Source: Eledone cirrhosa
Taxonomy: Eukaryota
Length of the DNA stretch: 64,000 nucleotides
Direction of reading: 5' to 3'
NCBI GenBank assembly: GCA_964016885.1
Contig: OZ024745.1
Span: forward strand, 65,844,001-65,908,000
This document shows, piece by piece, positions 11,727 to 26,770 of the stretch (the stretch's first letter is position 1; each line of letters starts with the position of its first letter). Below the pieces are notes generated by a model that ran no database searches, was not told the origin of the DNA, and saw nothing but the letters and a program-made list of their open reading frames with translations. The position numbers were made by a program, and so were the translations under genes.

Positions 11727-14070
11727 ATACTTTGGGAGGGTCATGCGGCCAATAAAAACACACGCATCTGTTGGTTTTCATTTTAATTTATTATAAATTT
11801 CCAGTTGGTTGGCTGGTTGGTTCGATAACCGGATGGTTGTTTCTATATTGTCAAATCTCTTTCGTCACACATTCTGTGGCCTACTCAATGACTGGGTTTT
11901 TATTTTGTGTCTCTCCTTTCTACTGTCCTACACCATCTTTTTTTTGTGTGTTGTGTGCTTTGTTTGCGCATACGTTACATCCGGGCGTGTGTGTGTGTGT
12001 CTTTATTTATTTATGTCTTTATTTACTGTCACTAGTTGGTTTTTTTTATTCTATCAGTGTGTGTCTGATTTGTTATGTTAGTTTGTAATTTCTGTGTGCA
12101 TGTATGTCTTTTTCTGTCCTTAATTACTAGTTGTGATGTTGCTATTCCACTCGTTTTCTGTTTAATTTTGGTTGGAGTTCATTTATATTTGTTCTCTCTG
12201 TGATTTGCCTGAGCCTTGCATCTTTTCTATGTGTGGATATAATTTTTATCTCTATGTTCTCTAATGTGCCCCTATGTTCTAGTTTGGCATATTGGTGGAG
12301 TACTGATGAGTGTTTCCCATCCTGGGGTTCTCGCCTGTGTTCACTTATCCTTTTTCCTATGATACTGGCTGTTTCACCTATGTATGTTATGTTCTTATTC
12401 CTACACTGTCCCTCAGTACATATTCTGTTATATACAACGTTCCTAGTTTTGCAGTTAATTTGCGTGTTTAGCTTGCAGACTATGAATTTCCTTTCATTGC
12501 GGGGGGGTTCTTTGAAATGGGTATTTTTTACTAATTAGGGTTTTTTATGGGAATACCTGTTCTCTCAACTATCTTGTTATCTAATTTCAGATGGTCTAGG
12601 GCCCTTCTAATTCTGTAAGCTAGTTCGCCTCTAAGGGTTGTATTGACAATCATTACACTCAGGTATTTATTTTTATCATACCATGAGTTGATTTTATTTG
12701 CCTTATTCTTAATCCTTTCAATTCTGTTCCAAAAGTTGCTCCTATACAAGGAGTAAGTCCCATTTGCATCATTTTCTACAATCTTTGCTCATTTGCTCCT
12801 GGCTCCTTTAGATACACTGATCTTGGCTCACTGATTTTAACCAGAGAACTGCATGCGGTGGATGAAGTGTTGTATGTGTCTCTCTAATTCTTTAGGGTTA
12901 CACATGCGGACACGTTCCTCACCACTCTTACTAAGTCCGCAATCAGTATATTTGTTTATGTGATCCGAAACAGCTGAGTTTCGGTGGATCAGGTATTTGG
13001 AGGTCATGGGTTTGGCATAATGCGAATGGAGGATTTGAGTTCTATTACTAATAGTTTCCAACCACAGTTCTGTGGCTAGTACGAGTAATCTATGGTTGGG
13101 GTGTTTAGTTGGGTAGTCTATAGTAATATTAATACTCTGGTGGATGGAGTTAGCTATTTGCTGGATTCTTTCTATGGTGTTCTTCTCTAATTCCTGATTG
13201 TTCTCCTGTGGGGGTGTTTTAACTACGATATTTACGTAGAGGGAGTCAGAGTTATAAAATTGTTGTCTAATTGTACCTTAAGTCTTCTGTCCTATCATAC
13301 CATAAAGAGGTTAGCTATGCCACCTGCAATGTCACCCTCCTCTTGGGCATATGTTTTGCCATTAAACTTGAACATATGTTCCTTAAGGATTAGTTTTATA
13401 CTGGCCCCCCACCGCATGTGTGATCCTTTTCTTTAATTCATCATGGTTTTCAGGGGTCTGTATGGGTCTTGTTCACTCACTCCATCTTTCTATGTTCCAG
13501 CTCACTGGTATCAATCCCACGGAATGTTACGTCGCTCTCGCTGATTATTTCTACGCATTTTTCCACAGCAAAATCAACGTCCATGGATGAGTATAGGGTC
13601 ACTACATCCATGCTACCTATTGTACAGCCTGTTAGGTCCTAGAGAGGTTGAATTCGCTGATTCTGCTGAGGAGGTCCTCCGTGTTGTAACATATATCTGA
13701 GGATATTTCAATTATAGGGCGAGGAATTAGGAGAGTCTGTAGCTGCCAGCAATGTTAGCTCCACAGATTGGCCATGTGGTCTTTGCGAAGCCCATACAGC
13801 ATTGGTACGTCGTTGTCCCTTGGAGATTGTTGGCAGTCCGTTTATTAGGCTGCAATATGCTAGTTCACATCATCATATGAATATTCAGGGTGTTTTCCCT
13901 TTCCTCATGATCTTGTGGTGTTACCTCTCTTGTGTTGATGATGTGTGGTTGCATGTCCTGGGTGCGGTTTAGCAGGCTGTCAACTGGCATTCTGCCAGAC
14001 TTGTCAGTTGGAAAGCATACAATCTCTCCATTTCATGAAAGCTGCATGGGCTTACGCAAGCCATTTGCGG
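11727..14070 (-). pseudogene. Degenerate Penelope-like element (RT + C-terminal GIY-YIG endonuclease), flanked by (TA)n
   Basis: Minus-strand motifs: TIGSMDVVTLYSSMDVDF (RT motif A, ~13572-13625); HMFKFNGKTYAQEEG...IANLFM (motif B, ~13300-13380); thumb HYAKPMTSKYLIHRNSA; GIY-YIG CKTRNVVY...YIGETASIIGKRISEH (~12335-12455). Many frameshifts. Confidence 0.85.
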
Positions 14071-14145
<75 letters not shown>

Positions 14146-14146
14146 C

Positions 14147-14178
<32 letters not shown>

Positions 14179-15384
14179 CATACATATATATGTGTGTGTG
14201 TGTGTATGTATGCGTGTGGCTGTGTGTGTGTGTATATATGCCATAATAGGTGTTCAAGATGCCAAACTTCTAGTTCTTTTTTTTTCTTTTTTGTTACCAA
14301 AGAGAGAGTGAAGTCTGAGTACTGAAGGCGTTAACTACGAGGAAATTGTTGTTACTGTTACCCACATATGATTTCTGGAATTAAGAAATTATCACAAATG
14401 ACACATAGAAGTTATATGTAAATCACAAATGATTCTTAAGAGACAGAAGCGTGAATTATAAAACGTAATTCCCATCTTCATTCTAAGAACCAAATTCCAA
14501 ATGGATTTCTACTTTCCCCTCCTTTTGACGAAATCTTCAAACAGACAGAGCTCGATCAAAAATACGATGGGTTTAAAATTAACTAATGCGTATATATATG
14601 GGGGACTTCAAATTTTCTTGTGCAGATTATGAACATCTGGAAACTTAGGTGTGGAAATAGACGGGTTTACTATAGAAATTGGTATTCTATTCCAGATGAG
14701 AATGGTGAGCCAAAGCCATAATGAGAATAGTAAAATCAATTAAGAATACTTAAATCAAGTTCAATAAGGGAATTACACAAAACGCAAATTTAAAGAAACT
14801 TAAAATATTTAGCAAACAATGAACTAGACCGTGCACAACATATATAAATGAAAGAAAATATTAAAAAAGAATATAAGAAAAGCATTAATTTAACATTTAA
14901 ATGAAAACCAAATACGAATTTAGCAATTTATTCAACGTAGGAATCTCAGGAAATGATTATGTATCTCGAAAAGGAGAAATTATCCAAATATAAATATCTG
15001 AACGTAAAGTGAACAGGAATGTGCAGATTGAAAATAGAATCGATAGCCATAAAAATACTTGTCCTCGGAGTTACTAAAAGCCTGCATATAAATACATAAT
15101 CAAAACGCTAGGATATATATATATATATATATGTGTGTGGGTGTGTGTGTGGGTGTGGGTGTGGGTGTGTGGGTTGGTGGGCGTGGGTGGGTGCGTGTGC
15201 GTATGTGTGTGTGTGTGTATATATATACATATATAATAAGGACCTTGAGCCAATAATCTGCGCGATGTACAGGTCAATAAAAATGATCGTGTAAAATTCC
15301 ATCATCTTAAACTTAATTTATACACTCTTCTACTTTAGCATTGAGTGTTACTATTGGAGCCACTTCCAGCAACCCATAAATATA

Positions 15385-15683
<299 letters not shown>

Positions 15684-16133
15684 TATATATATATATATAT
15701 ATATGAAAACAGGGAGAAAGAGACGATTATTAGGAAGAAAAATATATTTTTTTCCTTTTTTGTTCTCTCTTTCTTTTTTCTGAATTAGAAAACGATTAAA
15801 ACGAAATGTTTTACTTTGTGTTAAGGTATTAGTTGATTAGTTGATTAGTTGATATATATATATATATATATAATTAAAGTTAGTCCTTCATCAGTGATCT
15901 TCCAGCCATCATTGGTATTTCATCGCGTTAAAGACCATATACCTCCGGTTGGTGCGAGCAACGGCTAAAGAAAGTCGTTGGGACACGGAAATAAGGGAAA
16001 CGAGCGAGAGTGTAAAGAAACAAAACTGGTGAAGCAACGAAAAGTGAGGAAGAAAGAGTCAAGTCCCAGATTTCCATGACAATAAGTTCGGTGAAATCGT
16101 GAACGAGAGAGAATATATATATATATATATATG

Positions 16134-16201
<68 letters not shown>

Positions 16202-16203
<2 letters not shown>

Positions 16204-17082
16204 TAGATATGTAGATGACATACTCATCCTTACATCATCGCGTGAGGAGGCAGATAAAATATACACAACATTCTCCAGCATGGACGCTAGTATAAAGTTC
16301 AGCATGGAACACCCCGATGACCGCGGATCCCTATCCCTACTGGACTTCCAACTCAGAGTAACAGAGGAAGGCAACATCCACACCTGCTTCTATAAAAAGG
16401 CCGCCAGCAGGGACCTGTTCGTACATTTCAGATCGGCCCTCCCAGCCGGCGCTAAGTTCGGATACATAAGGAACGAACTAACACGTAACCGGAACAAATG
16501 CACCGACGCTAGAGACCGAGACATACACACCACACATTTCCTGGAAGTACTCAAACTGAACAGATACACGACATCCACCACAAACCGTGCCAGAAAGAAC
16601 AGAGGACACCACACCCGAGGCACTAGCACTAGCTTCCTGAAGCTCCCACACTTCAGTGACGAAACAACAACAGCCATCCGCAGAGCTATCAGACGAGAGG
16701 GACTAGATATCCAGCTGGCCCACTCAGGTCCTTCTCTACGCGGACAGCTAACCAAAAGACACTCCACCAGACATGACAACTGCTGCAGGCTAGCCAACTG
16801 CCCCATCAACGACACAGACCTATGCCACCAGATTACGTCGTATACAGACTAGAGTGCGACAAATGCAGCAACTTCTACGTAGGTAGCACCACCAGACCAC
16901 TCGACATAAGAATAAAAGAACACCGCAATACTAACGCTTCCTCTTTTAAGAAACACCTAGTTAAATGCAAAAACACCGACAACACCATCGGCAATCTTAG
17001 AATTAAGGAAGCACTAATTATAGACAAAACACAACCACCAATCAATAATAGACTAGAACTCAACACCCAATTTATAACTTGA
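16202..17082 (+). pseudogene. 5'-truncated Penelope-like element ORF (RT palm/thumb + GIY-YIG endonuclease), one frameshift at ~16830
   Basis: [10 protein letters not shown] from 16202; KFSMEHP..GSLSLLDFQL; FYKKAASRDLFVHFRSALP; Cys-rich linker CCRLANCPINDTDLCH; VVYRLECDKCSNFYVGSTTRPLDIRIKEH. Confidence 0.9.
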
Positions 17083-17550
17083 TAGAGCTTCTAGCTCCAT
17101 ATTTACACCCCCCATACACACACATACGCACGCACACACACACACAGGCACACACACGCACACACACAACACGCTTACACATCTAATTATTCTCTCTTAC
17201 ACACATACATACACACACAAAGACCAGTTCTAACACGAGATAACATCTATCCCCCACATTTACGTATAGACATATCTTCTCACACTCACACACTCACATA
17301 CTTACACCTTCATGCATTCTCCCACACACTTAAACAGGCATGTCCAAAAAAACAACCTTTTAAAGGGAGACTACTCTTTATCCACCTAACCATAACTCTT
17401 TGACATTAGAGATAGAACAGATACTCTATACCATTTCCTGTCAGCATGACTTGGCAAGCTATTTAGAACACTGGTTTAACCGCTTTACTTCCCTACGAAG
17501 AAGAGATATTATCTCGAAAATTAAGGACATTTAAATAAATCTAAGGTAAA
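17083..17550 (+). mobile_element. 3' UTR of the PLE, with degenerate HHR at 17488-17530
   Basis: CA-rich UTR, then CCT-ACGAAGA-a-GAGAT-att-ATCTC-GAAA-atTA-AGG and AATAAA. Confidence 0.55.
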
Positions 17551-17848
17551 AGACTAATTGTCAACAATATCTTTTGCATTTGCATTCTTTATTCTATGTC
17601 CATACCTGCATTGCCTTGGCTTTATTATACATATACAAACGTTTATACCTATATATATATATATAAGGATAGTCATGTATGTACATACAGTACATAAGTT
17701 GAGAAAATCAACAATATGTGTTTCTTCTGTTGATCTAAAAGTTAAAGGCCGAAACATTCACTTAAAACCTTCAGTTGTCTAGCTCTCCTGAGAGTTTTTT
17801 ACCATCACTTAACGTTTTTTCCTTTGTTTTCTCTGTAATAGTATTACT

Positions 17849-18041
17849 AATAATTGTTTCTACTTTAGGCACAAGGCCAGCAAAATACCCGGTGTATTAC
17901 TCTTTGTATGTACTTTATTTTATCGACCCCGTAAGGATAAAAGGCAAGGTCAACCTCGGCGGCATTTGAACTCTGATCGTAAAGGGACGTGACTATGCTG
18001 GAAAGCATGACGTCCGACCCTCTACCGATACTGCCAATATC
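17849..18041 (-). mobile_element. tRNA-derived SINE S1
   Basis: Full-length reverse complement of the 20302-20487 unit. Confidence 0.85.
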
Positions 18042-20301
18042 TTGCAAATACTCTCAAAATAGTTCTTCTAAAGAAATATAAATAGATAGCTGATTATAGA
18101 TAGTTATACATAGCTGATAAAATAGATAGATATGTGTAATTGATCTTGGTAGATTATCTTAGCCATTAATGTGTTGGTAAAAACGTCCCTTCGTAATAAC
18201 GTAGCTCCAGCGATGTCATAGCAACAGATATGTCTGTTCTAACATAACCACATTGGCTATCCAGGTCTTGTGAGGAAAACTGAGAAATACCGAACAGCAT
18301 AAAAGTACTCCCCTCCTCTACTTGTATTTGCTCGACAGACATAATATATCACTTATATTTATTCAATATGTATGTACGGTTCTCTTAGTAGGATAGACTT
18401 AAGAGTATACACTTTCTTGTAAGGTTGCTAACCAACACTTCGCTCAGGGAATATTTCGATATCTTCCACATATTCCCTTGCCATCTCGGCAACACTTGTC
18501 ATGGACACAGCTCTGATTAAACAATAAACAAAAGAATGATATAAATCATATATATCTCGAATAACATGAACACAATATACACTGATTCGATCCAAATGCC
18601 ATCCACTTTCAGGTATGACAAAATAAGAAAAATTTGTTGTTGATGTCATCCTGTATGACAAAATAAGAAAGGGTTTTTGTCGATGTCTTTCTCAGGGACG
18701 AGTGCTATGAAAATTCTATGAATTAGCTTCAACCAAGAATTGAAATCGACTCGTGTATTCAACTTTCCTTGAATGTCTTGCTCAATATCACACCCAACAG
18801 GTTCCAAAGGACGAGTATGCTTTTACTTTGAACTCTATTCCGAATGACATACAAATTGCTGAAACAAATAATCCCGAAGATCACAAGTTTCAAATTTCAA
18901 GTACATTCAAATTAAAGATATTCTCTTGCATCAAGTCTAAATTGCAACGTTGAACTACGTAGTGAAAGCACGAGAACGCTCGATTGATATTTAAATCCTG
19001 TATTCATTAAAGACTGTTCCATTCGTATACCAAACATTAGTTTGCTCTGTTGTTACCATTACATTAATCCGTTATGTAATCTTTCTTTCTATAAAAGTGG
19101 TACTGGTTTCATATCTGACGACTCATCTATATCATAAATTGTTTATAAAGTATTCTTTTTATTTTTTCATAACAAGTGAGCTGACATTATTGGTATCATT
19201 TACCATAACTATCTCTCTTTGATCTAGAAAGAACTAAATCTGTGTCTATGGTCATTTGCACATAGTTGATTTACCCATATTACACGAACATATACATTCT
19301 AAAAACTCAATAGTTCATTCCGAAAGTTCGGCAGGGCAGAGAAGTACATTAGTGAAGAGACCAGAAGTGACGATCAATTACCCAACGAATAGATAGCATT
19401 AATGTTGCAGTAGTTTCACTTTGAACGCGTATTGATTACAGAATAAAACAAGTAGTAAACAATCATAGAAATATATGAAGATAGTCTACTCCGCATCATT
19501 GCTTTGGATTAGACATTTCAATACATCTCATACCAAGGTGATTAATAAACAAAGTATTTTTAAAAACAGTGGCATTTTTCTTTTTTTTTTTTGGCTTTTC
19601 ATATATAGATACAATCATATTTATCTATAAATCGATTTAGAGGATTTGCTTCTCACAATGAGGTTTCTTATATTTGGCTCATGTTAATTCTTATTGCTTG
19701 TAGATTTCAAAATCTGTAGATACGTCATAACAAAATCTGATTGAACATAAAGAATGTTAGTAATACATGTTACAAAGTAAAAAGTATTTGATGTATCTAA
19801 TAACCATCTGTGATAGTAACCTTACTGATTTCTAATTACACACACAAAGGCAGTAGCATCAAATGAAGCAGTAATTGATAGAAATAACATCATTTTTGCG
19901 CACTTAGCCTTATTGATTAACCCCCACCAATTAAATTAATTTCTTTTCATAAAGGATTAGTAATTAGTAATTAAGTATTTCTAGAAAAGAAGAGGCGTTA
20001 TTCGTTGAAAGATAGTATTTTGATCTGGTTTGGCTGAGAGAGGATGAAACAACACATTATATGCATCTGTCAATGATAATATCTCCAACGCAACTGGCAA
20101 TCATACAGTATATAATTATTAACATATATGCATATGCATGTATCAACATGTTTGTTTTATTCAATTGAGGATATGAAGATACGGTTTCGTCACTGTAATT
20201 TGTGACGTACTCGTGTTGAACATTCGTTTGTTATATTTGGGAATGCTATGAACCGGTGAATGGTAACTGGGAAGTGGAAACCAGTGGCATTATTGTTCGG
20301 T

Positions 20302-20675
20302 GGTGGATTGGCAGTATCGGTAGAGGGTCGGACGCGATGCTTTGCAGCATACTTACGTCCCTTTACGATCTGAGGTCAAATCCCGCCGAGGTTAACTTTG
20401 CCTTTCATCCTTACGGGGTCGATAAAATAAATAGCAGTAATGCACTGGGTAATTGCTGGCCTTGTGCCAAATATAGAAACAATTATTGTTCGGTGGATTG
20501 GCAGTATCGATAGAGGGTCGGACGCCATGCTTTGACGCATAGAGTTACGGCCCTTACCATTCTGAGTTCAAATCCCGCCGAGGTTAACTTTACCTTTCAT
20601 CCTTACGGGGGTCGATAAAATAAAGTAATGCACTGGGTAATTGCTGGCCTTGTGCCAAAAGTAGAAACAATTATT
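20302..20675 (+). mobile_element. Two tandem tRNA-derived SINEs (S1)
   Basis: A-box TGGCAGTATCGG, B-box GAGTTCAAATCCC, body TTTGCCTTTCATCC...GTCGATAAAATAAA and tail AGAAACAATTATT. Units 20302-20487 and 20492-20675. Confidence 0.85.
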
Positions 20676-21900
20676 GTTCACAAATTCAGAAATAAAATTA
20701 AGTAAAATAATCAACTAAAGTACTCATCAGTATTACTTATTAGTTCATTTCTTCTTCACTGTTTCGTTGCTTATTTATATCCCAGTCACCTCACAATATT
20801 GATATATTACGAGGTTTGATACGAATAGTGAGACACCAATGTAACCTCTGCTTCAATTAGTATATAGTGGACAGTTTATCCTGTCGGAATCTACCAGAAA
20901 ATTGAATGTGACGTTGTAAACTAGTAAAATATAAGTGAAGTAAAATATATATAACGTATTAAGTTGTGCGTGCCATTGATATATGATCATGATCAGTGTC
21001 TATGTGGTTATTTCAGCTACTAGAAATAGCAGCAACATATCATGAAAAATAAAGCATTTAACAATGCAAGCAAGTAAAACATAGGTTAGGTATATAGATC
21101 TTATATAAAATAAAGTATTAAGCAGTGCAAGTCATTGATACTTTACAATGCTCAGTGTCTATGTGGTTTATTCAGCTACTAGAAATAACAGCAATATCTC
21201 TCTTTCAATCAAACCCGTTTGTTTTAAAACGAGAAGACTATACTGGATAATGTCACATTTGATACACAATGCCTAAAATTATATTGGAATGATGATGGCT
21301 AGAATGTTTTTGATCATAGTTTATGAAACTAATTATCTTTCGACAGACTGGATGTCCGATTCCACATGAGGAATCATTCCTTATTGTCGTTTGATGCATA
21401 CACCAAATTACTAAGGAAAGAATTTCATTTAAAATACTATTTGTCCAAGGATATAAATCATACCATTGAACTTGGATTTACATTTGTTTCTCGATTAAAC
21501 TGTTAATGCTACGTTGATTTTGAAATCATATCTTTCTAGAGTCGACTTTGTATTCCGCATCTAAATCAGTAAAATAAATACGAGTAATACGAATAATTTA
21601 CTACTGTTTGTACAAGCTTAAAGAAAATTAGAATTTTTAGATATCAGGTTAATGTCATTATTCGTTGTATAAAATAGACTACAGTTTAGTTTTTTCCCAT
21701 AATAAATTCCTTTGTAGAATCTATCTTTACTTAAATATCATAACACGCTTGGTAGGCTTTCGACAACTACCTTAGCAGCAATATTTACTGTACAGCATCT
21801 TTCGTAGTTAAATTTATTGCAGAGGCGAACTGATCAATACACAATCAGAGTTATTCCAATTTGTTTTTCACATGCTGTATAATATATGCGATGTGATGTG

Positions 21901-22006
<106 letters not shown>

Positions 22007-24634
22007 CCGAGTGGATGAGAGTTCATGTTAGTGTGTTGTTTGCGTATGAAGTTGTTGGAACTTGGGGAGATTAACTTGAGCCGAGGCAAAGACAGAGGGG
22101 GCAAAAGGTATCTGATTTTCGTTTATCTACTTCATCTGCGGTGTTGGGTTAGTGCGAGTTTTTACACGATTTGCGCCGATATTAAAACCAAGACCAGTTT
22201 AACTGTAAAGATTTATAGTTCATTGATACAAACTGATAACAACTATAAGTGTGCAGATTGTATTATTAATGTGTTTCGCTGTGATTGTAATATTACTTTC
22301 ATTTGTTTTTATCTTTTGTCAACTATGATGTAAAAAATGACATTATAGACTTGTATTAATCTTATTAAAGTGTGTTCTCTCATTGATCGATAAAAACCAT
22401 TTATTATTAGTGTTTATATACCCATTGACTGGTGAGACATAGAAATACGGTCATATATTGGGCACATATGGTATATTGCTGGATTTGAGGTACCTCGCGA
22501 CTGCGTTTTGCAGAAAACACGCATGATCTTTCGCTGTCTAAATGTGTGTCTTCTGTGTGAATTTTGCGGATTTGCTGACGATAGTGCGCCATAGGTGGTT
22601 ATTTTCATCAAGCAATTTTCATGGCATCGAGCGGTCCAGCTAATTTGATTCTTTTGCAATAGAAGTAGGGGTATGGTATACTGTTCTGTGATGTTCTGCG
22701 ACTGTTTACGAGAATATTTTGAGATCATTTAAAGTTGGGTAAAGTATTTTTGTATAAATATATTTCTACGGGGAATAAATATGTAACGTTGTTATGGTGC
22801 CTTACAAATGTAATTTTATTGTAGATTTATGTTTATTGTGAGGCATGATTTCAATATTGTTCGTCAGCTAACCTGCTTTTCCGAACCGCTACTTTTTCAG
22901 ACGAACGGCTAGAATAGCATGTAAATCTCTTTTAAACTACAGCCTAAAGCTAAAAAGAGAAACATAAAATTACAGATAAATGTAATTTTATATACACTAT
23001 GTCTGGGGATAAAAACGACATGATCATGACATGAATGCGTTTGACCCTAGTTGTGATCAATCAGTAATGACCCGAAGCTACAACAACAATTGAAACATAT
23101 TACATAAAAATACAACAATCATCGACATAAACCTGTTTTCACGTATAAAGAACTGATGTATGCATTCGTCTTCTTAAGTATGTTTATGTATTTCTATGTA
23201 TATTTTAATGTTTTAATCCCAAGTAAATGTTTTAATGTAGAAGAGAGTTTTATAATTGTTTCCATGCTCAATTCCTTGAGTCCTATATCTGATATTGAGA
23301 TCACTTTCTATGGTAGAAAATTCGACATTCAGTTCAGAGCAACCCTTGCTCCTTCGTCCACTTAATACTAAGTTAAAATAAAATAAGTACACTCTTTAAA
23401 TCATATCTGATTCCAGGGTAGCCAAGGAATCTATAAATGCTTGCTCTTGTTTCTAGAAATAGCAGACAAATCCCATTCAAATCGTATGATCCTATCTTAT
23501 ATAACAAAAGGAAATAATACATAATATAGTGTTACATAGCCCTAAAACAATCTGGATGGTAGCGCGGGAATGCTATTGATTATAGGCCTGCTCAGTCTGG
23601 CTTTACGTAGAGACGTATAATTAAGGTTCATTAAAAAAATTATATTCTGTATATCATAAGACAGGCTGCCGTGATTATCTTTATGAAAAGATTTGTACTT
23701 TGACTGCTACAAATGTCCTACCTTGTTGCAAATATTCACACTACGACCTACATTCCTCTAGATATTGTTATAAATTATGACTTCTTTAAGAGAACCATAA
23801 ACCTCTTTCATAAGCTGATCTTAGTTTCATAAGATTTTAACGAATTATATATAAGTTAGATGAAAAACAAATATTAAAGCACTTTTATTTTATTCAGAGA
23901 TAATCAAATATTCTGTCCGTTCTATGTATATATTTCATTTCAAGGAAGCCGTATTCAAATTTACTGAATAAATACTATTGCTATATCCAATGAACGTTTC
24001 AGAATTAAATAATTTCTGATCTTTAACAAAGTAACGCTATATGATGTTGAAGATATTTGAGCAAATTGAAGATATTTGAGCCATTCCTTGAAGTTGAAAT
24101 CCCATTTTCGGGATGAAATTTGAATGATATCACGATAACAAAAGAACTACCTCTTGTCTAATCTAAAAATAATAAAAATGATTTCATTTGACCGAGGATT
24201 GTCTAATCTAAAAAAAAAAAATGATTTCATTTGACCGAGGATTTCAGCCAAAATATCGTAATTTAAGTGGCACACACATAAACATTATCGGAATGCCAGC
24301 CTTAACATGTAAAATAAAAGAAAGTTGTATTAAAAAAAGACGATATAAACGTTTTATTCATTCTTAGCAATGTAACACAAGTAGTGGTTGTTCGTAATTT
24401 TCTCTTATACATTTAACGATAGAAATAGGACTTCAACAACACTAGAAGATGAAGACGATAGAAGATGTTTAAGTAAACAAAACGGTAAGATATAACTCCT
24501 AGAATGAGAATTTGTTTTAAAAGTTTATCAGAAGTGATTGCATAAGATTAATGAAAAAACTTTCTTTGAAGAAAGAACAAAATAAAACAGAGGGAGAAGG
24601 AAAGGAAAGAGAAGGAGGGATGTGTAAAGAGGGA

Positions 24635-24748
<114 letters not shown>

Positions 24749-25572
24749 GTTGCTGGAGAGAGAAACTGCTTGAGAGAAGAGGAAAACGAGAGAGATATGG
24801 TTAAGTTACGGTAATGGAATTCTCTACATTATTTAAATAATTGATGAATTTCAAGAACGGCAACAAAATACGGTTGAAAAAAAAATACAGAAAATAAATT
24901 TAAGATGTGTAAAGAATAGAATGTATAGCAAGAAAAGGAAAGAAAGAAATTAAAATTGATAGCCATGAAGTTAGAGACAAAATACATAAAATTGTAGATA
25001 CACCTATGCAGAGGCATACACACACGCACGCACACTCACATACACACGTTAAACTAATATCTTGTAACATTACTCCTGTGTTTGTTTTCTGTTATATAAA
25101 TATATATATATATAAATATATATATGTATATATATACAAATGGAAGTTTTGTAAAATCGAAGTTTTGGCTGCGGCCAAGCTAACGACATACAATTAGGAA
25201 TGTGCAGCAAAGTTGTGTCACCTTAGAGTAATAACATACGTTAAATAGCTTGACAAATTGAAAACTGCGGCAGGTATGCCCAGCCACATGAAACCAAAAA
25301 ACGAAAAAAACCAATCAGGTCTTGATAAACAATCAGGTATCATGAGGTTGTGATTACGATTCCCAAACCGGGCGATGCGTTATGTCCTTGAGCAAGACAC
25401 TTTATTTTTCACGTTGCTCCTTCTGCCTGGAGTTGCAACCGACAGATAGTATTAGCAATTGGAAAGACCAATGGAAACATTGTTTCCTCGGTCCGATTTG
25501 ACAAGCTGCACTCATTAAGCGAATGAGGTGTGGGATCTTGTCGATTGGTTATTGATCGATATATATATATAT

Positions 25573-25706
25573 AGCGATGCTGAAACCGAGGAGTACACTA
25601 ATCATGTGAGTACTCGATACGTGGGGAGATGTAGAGTTGATATAGAGATATGTAAAGTCCCGACCACGGTGCCAAACGATTTCGGCTTGCGTATTCAGCA
25701 AGCCTT
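25573..25706 (-). mobile_element. Short insert in (TA)n distantly related to family B, 5'-truncated inside an HHR-like motif
   Basis: Shares GTACTC.ATAC....GTAGAGT.G.TATAG...CCCGAC with family B. The minus strand begins GGCTTGC-tgaatac-GCAAGCC-GAAA-tcgt-TT. Confidence 0.45.
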
Positions 25707-25718
25707 ATATATATATAT

Positions 25719-25845
25719 GAAGTTTCGCCTATTTATCACAGGGTCACCAGACAAGAAATTTCTTGTGTGTTGACCCTGTGATGAACAGGCAAATCTCCAG
25801 AGAATCAATCCTTACTATTTAGCCTTAATAAAATGATTATTAAAA
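25719..25845. mobile_element. Family D fold-back copy
   Basis: GTTTCGCCTATTTATCACAGGGTCA is inverted against TGACCCTGTGATGAACAGGCAAATC; the tail matches 2428-2497. Confidence 0.55.
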
Positions 25846-25921
25846 ATCTACTTCTATATTGAGTACTTTTTTCTATTAGTCGTCTACCACATGCGGATAT
25901 ATATATGTATATATATATATA

Positions 25922-25952
<31 letters not shown>

Positions 25953-26339
25953 ATACCCGCGCCTTCACACACAACTGTCTGGGGATATGTACTACATACT
26001 GTACAACCATTATTAAATAAGGTTGACTTTACCTTTCATCCTTACGGGGTCGATAAAATAAAGTACCAGTAATGCACTGGGTAATTGGTGGCCTTGTGCC
26101 TAAAGTAGAAACAATTATTAAATAAATGCGTATCTCAACATAACACTACGTACTTCGGCTTGAATTCATTCATAACACTGACATTTTATCTTCTTAGACA
26201 TTAATCAATAAAATAGTTTCAGTATCAACGGCTTTTTTATACGAGACTCAGTCGGGAACTACTTGAATTAGCTTATGTTTTATGCAAATATTTGTTCTGT
26301 CTTAATATATAATACCTTAAGTTTATTCAGATATTGGAA

Positions 26340-26521
26340 TAGAGCGGAACCTTGGTTCACGTTTTAATTCGTTCCTGTAGGTCGTTCGTCACCCGAAATG
26401 TTCGTAAGCCGAAATTATTTTTCCATACAAAATGCTGAGAAATACTGAGAGAGAGAGAGAGGGAGAGAGAGAGAGAGAGATAGATAGATAGATAGAGAGA
26501 GAGAGGGAGAGAGAGAGAGAG

Positions 26522-26563
<42 letters not shown>

Positions 26564-26770
26564 TGTGAGAGAGAGAGAGAGAGAGAGTAAAATACTGTAA
26601 ACACAAATAGATATCACCATAGTAATTAACCATACAGCAAGTAACGCTTTCCCGCCGAAACTCCAAGCTTGTTGCCAACCGTTGTTGCCGGCTTATGTGT
26701 TTGTTACTCGTGACAACGAACGAGAACCAAGACGTTTTATGCACGAAAAAATTGTTCGTGAACTAATGCA
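26340..26770. mobile_element. Possible pogo/Tigger-like MITE remnant containing a GA/GATA microsatellite
   Basis: GGAACCTTGGTTCACG...AATTCGTTCC...GTTCGT repeats resemble Tigger-type subterminal repeats. Confidence 0.35.
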
